In this document: positions 25,396 through 28,587 of the stretch, piece after piece
Position numbering within the stretch: the first letter of the stretch is position 1
Layout of the letters: each line of letters starts with the position of its first letter
From: a virus
Lineage: Duplodnaviria > Caudoviricetes
Reading direction: 5' to 3' (one strand)
Length of the DNA: 28,587 bases
IMG/VR virus record: IMGVR_UViG_3300031820_000015
Location: 1-28,587 of that record
Program-made: the position numbers and the translations under genes
Notes under the pieces: model-generated
Told to the model about the DNA's origin: nothing
The model's input: only the letters and a program-made list of their open reading frames with translations
The model's database searches: none

Positions 25396-26343
25396 ATGCC
25401 GGTTATTGGCGTCCCATCGGCAACATCTGGACTCACGTTGGCGGGGTCGCTCGTGACCCAGATCCGAGACTTGATTCCCGATCCCGTCTACGACCAAACG
25501 ACGAATATCGCGTTGCCCGATGTGGACGGCAATTTCATTCGGGCACAGTCGCTCTATCGTTGGATCAACAACGCCACGAATTTGATCGCCCAAAAGTTGG
25601 GGTGGGTCATCGAGGATTGGAACGGATTCGCCGTCACGGCGAATCAACCCTTTTACGCACTCGATCCGTTGTGGCACAATATCAGCGACGCCTGGCTTGC
25701 CGGCTTCGTCATGAACCGTGCGCCGGAAGCGGCGACGATCTTCCCGTATCGCATTGCGAGCAATCGGTCGTATCTGTACGGCGTTCATAAACGGACCGAC
25801 CATCTCGAAGTGTTCTTATTCGCACGCCCCAATGCGACCGATGCCGTGACAACCTTGACAAATACGATTGCGGGCGATGGTGTCGATCCGATCGTGGTCG
25901 GCAGCTCAACAGGATTCCTACCCTATGGACTCGTGAGGATCGAGGACGAATTGCTCGCGTATCAGACGCTCACGGGTGGTTTGGCGGTCGTGAGTCGTGG
26001 TCTCGGCAGCACGAAGGCGACTGGACATAATGCGGGCGCGACGGTGACGCATTGTAATGTTTGGATGAAAGGCTCGCGACTGCCCAAAGTCGTGACGGCT
26101 TCGACGGATCTGATCGAACTGCCGGCGGCGTTCATCCCGATCGTGCAAGAATACGTGCTCCAGCAAGTGAGGATTGCGGAACAGGAGTATCAATCAGCTG
26201 GGGTGCATGGGCAAAATTTCGATATGATGTTGAAGCACGCGGACAACGATCCCGTCTGGAAGCAGGATCTCTATAGTCAGCAAGGACTCTGGGACCAATA
26301 CGGCACGCGGCGTGGACGGTGGTGGCCGGTGGTGATTCCATGA
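25396..26343 (+). CDS. head-tail adaptor (tail tubular protein A-like) with inserted beta domain
   Basis: AGGAG SD; LV.QIRDLI, L.RWINNA...IA, Y.L, ELP..F...V.EYV; insert TTL...SSTGF..G.VRIEDE..Y...RG..ST.A..H.AGATV. Confidence 0.75.
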   Translation: MPVIGVPSATSGLTLAGSLVTQIRDLIPDPVYDQTTNIALPDVDGNFIRAQSLYRWINNATNLIAQKLGWVIEDWNGFAVTANQPFYALDPLWHNISDAWLAGFVMNRAPEAATIFPYRIASNRSYLYGVHKRTDHLEVFLFARPNATDAVTTLTNTIAGDGVDPIVVGSSTGFLPYGLVRIEDELLAYQTLTGGLAVVSRGLGSTKATGHNAGATVTHCNVWMKGSRLPKVVTASTDLIELPAAFIPIVQEYVLQQVRIAEQEYQSAGVHGQNFDMMLKHADNDPVWKQDLYSQQGLWDQYGTRRGRWWPVVIP

Positions 26344-26666
26344 TGTTGATTCCCGATACGCCGAAAACCTTAGATCAACTTCAAGTAGAGGCGGCGACCC
26401 GCTGGCAGCAAATCTCCGATGATCTGACGAATAAATTCGCGGCGCAAGCAGCGGTGCTGGCGAAGATGCCAGACGTGTTGGCGCGACCAGACGCCACCCA
26501 GAAGTGGACGCCGGACCCGATCAACATTGTGTGTCCCTGTGGTGGGATCGATTTCTTCGTGACGCGCTGGATCACCATCAACGGCGTGAAACATCGCTGG
26601 GAAGGCACCTGCGCGTCATGTAATCAACTGCGGACGTGGGACTGGCTTGAGGGAGTCTGGATCTAA
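26340..26666 (+). CDS. hypothetical protein with CxC/CxxC
   Basis: ATGA and TAATG coupling between adaptor and nozzle. Confidence 0.65.
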   Translation: MMLIPDTPKTLDQLQVEAATRWQQISDDLTNKFAAQAAVLAKMPDVLARPDATQKWTPDPINIVCPCGGIDFFVTRWITINGVKHRWEGTCASCNQLRTWDWLEGVWI

Positions 26667-28267
26667 TGGCAAGCGAACTCCAAAGCGTGCCGATGCTCAA
26701 CTTCTCGAAAGGCGAGAACACCGTCATCTCGCCCTATCTCGTCGGCTCCAATCAAGTCTTGCAGGCGGTGAACTTTCTTCTGGACGAACACGGCAGTTTG
26801 CGCGTGCGTGATGGCACGCTCATTCAAACTAGAGCCTCCGACATCAATCGCGGCATCATCAAACTCTACGATCTGGTCTTCGTGAGTGGCACCATCCAAA
26901 AGCTCGCGATTCAGAAAGGTTTCGCGGCGGGGAATACGTTGTTTGACCGTGGCACGATGCCGTGGACACAGCTTGGGACTTTCAGCACGTCTTATGATAC
27001 CCCAGACATGCTGACATTCACGAATAAGGTCATCCTCTTTAACGGGTATGAATCTATTCGCTCATGGGATGGCACGACGTTTGCGGCGCTCACCGGCACG
27101 CCTCCTGATGGCGGCAAGCACGGCGCGGTCTATCTATCGGCATTGTGGGCTGGGAACACCAAGGCGACGACGACCAGCACGGAAGGGAAATCCTCGATTC
27201 GGCAAACCGACGTGAATAATCCGAACTCATGGCCTGCGGCGAACCAAGCCTTCATCTCGAAGGATGACGGGCAAGAGATTACCGGGATGGCCTTGTTTAC
27301 GATTTCTGAAACTGGCGTGTCGCCGATCGCCGCGCTCGTCGTCTTTAAGGATTTCTCGGCGTATCAAGTGATCGGTTTATTCGGCTCATCGACCTTCGCC
27401 ATTCAAAAGTTGAAATCAGATATGGGTTGTGTGGCTGGACGCACGGCGCAATTCTGCTCTGGTTTCGGGATCATCCGTTTGACGCATCGTGGCTTCGCGC
27501 TCTTCGATGGTACGTCGGATCTGTTGATCTCTGAAGAGGAACGGCCTCGGCTCTTTGGGCGCGACGATTACAGCGGCATCGATTGGTCGAACGTGGGATT
27601 GAGTTATGCCGCACAAGTGCAGAATCCGCCATTGTACATCTGCGTCTGTCCAGTCGCGGGGGTGGGACCGCCAGGGGCGCTCTCTCGGATGTTCGTCTAT
27701 GATCTCGTGCGGAAGGCGTGGACGATCTGCACCTTTGCGAATTATTTTCAAACCGTCCAACTCATTCTGAATCCCAGTAGTTTGCCGATCGTGCTGGGCG
27801 GCGATATTGCGGGCAGCGGCCAAGTACGGCGGTTGTTCGTGGCCGATGCGGACGATGATGGGACGCCGATTCAATGGACGTTGAAGACGCGACCGGTATT
27901 CTCGAATAGTCCGCTCAGTCGCTCCTACTTTCGGCGGATGCTGCTCAAGGTGTTTAAGATGACGGCCCTCTCGCAAATCAATGTGCAATTCGTCTTTGGG
28001 CCATCTCAAGTGATTAACCGGAAGCAAGTCCCGATCAGCGCGGCGCTCGCACCGTTTTCTGGCTACGGCGTGGACGCCTATGGCGCGTCTGGCTATGGCT
28101 CCGAACCAGGCGTGCAGAATTTAACCGACGTGGATCTGAATTTCGATATCGGCGTGAAGGCGAACAACTGTCTCGCCGTAATTTCAGGACAGGGACCGGG
28201 AAGAATACGAGGCATCGAGTGGCATCTGAAAAAAATGGCGCTTACGCGCTCTACGTTGTCGGCGTAG
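26666..28267 (+). CDS. tail nozzle (P22 gp10 / tubular protein B-like beta-propeller)
   Basis: NFS.GENT..SP, N....G.L..R.GT, DG.EITG, LVVFK...Y, MGCVA..T, VYD....W; follows the adaptor. Confidence 0.82.
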   Translation: MASELQSVPMLNFSKGENTVISPYLVGSNQVLQAVNFLLDEHGSLRVRDGTLIQTRASDINRGIIKLYDLVFVSGTIQKLAIQKGFAAGNTLFDRGTMPWTQLGTFSTSYDTPDMLTFTNKVILFNGYESIRSWDGTTFAALTGTPPDGGKHGAVYLSALWAGNTKATTTSTEGKSSIRQTDVNNPNSWPAANQAFISKDDGQEITGMALFTISETGVSPIAALVVFKDFSAYQVIGLFGSSTFAIQKLKSDMGCVAGRTAQFCSGFGIIRLTHRGFALFDGTSDLLISEEERPRLFGRDDYSGIDWSNVGLSYAAQVQNPPLYICVCPVAGVGPPGALSRMFVYDLVRKAWTICTFANYFQTVQLILNPSSLPIVLGGDIAGSGQVRRLFVADADDDGTPIQWTLKTRPVFSNSPLSRSYFRRMLLKVFKMTALSQINVQFVFGPSQVINRKQVPISAALAPFSGYGVDAYGASGYGSEPGVQNLTDVDLNFDIGVKANNCLAVISGQGPGRIRGIEWHLKKMALTRSTLSA

Positions 28268-28587
28268 CGATCCTGTTTAGTTTCTTATGGTTTTCGCCCG
28301 CGCACGCCATCTGCACCCCGCTTGGAAGCGTCACCTCACAACTCGGGCTTTGCAAGCCGCAAGCGGGCGAAGTCGGCTGGTCGTCGGCGGTCAATCAGAA
28401 CTGGGATACCGTCGATGCGAATTTCGGCACGATTCCCAGTGGGTCAATTATGTTCTATGGGGGCGCTGCGCCTCCAAATGGCTGGTATCCGTGTGATGGC
28501 AGCGCCAAAAGTCGCACGGGTGATGCGAATTTGTTTGCGGTCTACGGCACGACCTATGGGGTCGGGGACGGCTCGACGACGTTTAAT
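28219..28587 (+). CDS. tail-collar-domain fibre protein with signal peptide (3'-truncated; absent from ORF track)
   Basis: GAGG SD + GTG: MASEKNGAYALYVVGVAILFSFLWFSPAHA|ICTP...T.QLGLCKP...W....NQNWD.VD, then IPSGSIMFYGG..PP.GW..CDGS..SR...LF...GTTYG.GDGSTTFN collar motif. Confidence 0.85.
   Translation, partial: MASEKNGAYALYVVGVAILFSFLWFSPAHAICTPLGSVTSQLGLCKPQAGEVGWSSAVNQNWDTVDANFGTIPSGSIMFYGGAAPPNGWYPCDGSAKSRTGDANLFAVYGTTYGVGDGSTTFN

Noticed and set aside
1-28587. CRISPR arrays, tRNA/rRNA genes, integrase/att sites, alternative genetic code, host identity
   Set aside because: None seen by eye; long genes read normally in code 11. Lifestyle and host taxon cannot be determined from this window beyond a likely diderm host.

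Overview
A 28.6-kb segment of a tailed dsDNA phage (or prophage), most likely a podovirus with P22-like morphogenesis genes infecting a diderm (Gram-negative) host. Nearly all genes are on the + strand. In order: two leftward early genes, a divergent promoter region, a replication block (YdaU/DUF1376-like initiator with internal 22-bp repeats), small Zn-finger and hypothetical genes with a RuvC-like resolvase, terminase large subunit, three large fibre/beta-helix genes, an M15 peptidase, portal, a YezD/DUF2292-like gene with an attenuator-like terminator, scaffold, major capsid protein, a free-standing LAGLIDADG endonuclease, decoration-like genes, a holin/spanin/lipoprotein/secreted-nuclease block, two tailspike/fibre genes, adaptor, nozzle and a truncated tail-collar fibre. 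The main observation is that eight proteins resembling virion appendages (fibres, spikes, decoration-like proteins) begin with Sec/SPase-I signal peptides, and most carry paired cysteines, whereas the core virion proteins have no signal peptides. This suggests two-compartment virion assembly, with appendages folded in the periplasm. All family assignments come from motif recognition by eye; no database search or structure prediction was run.
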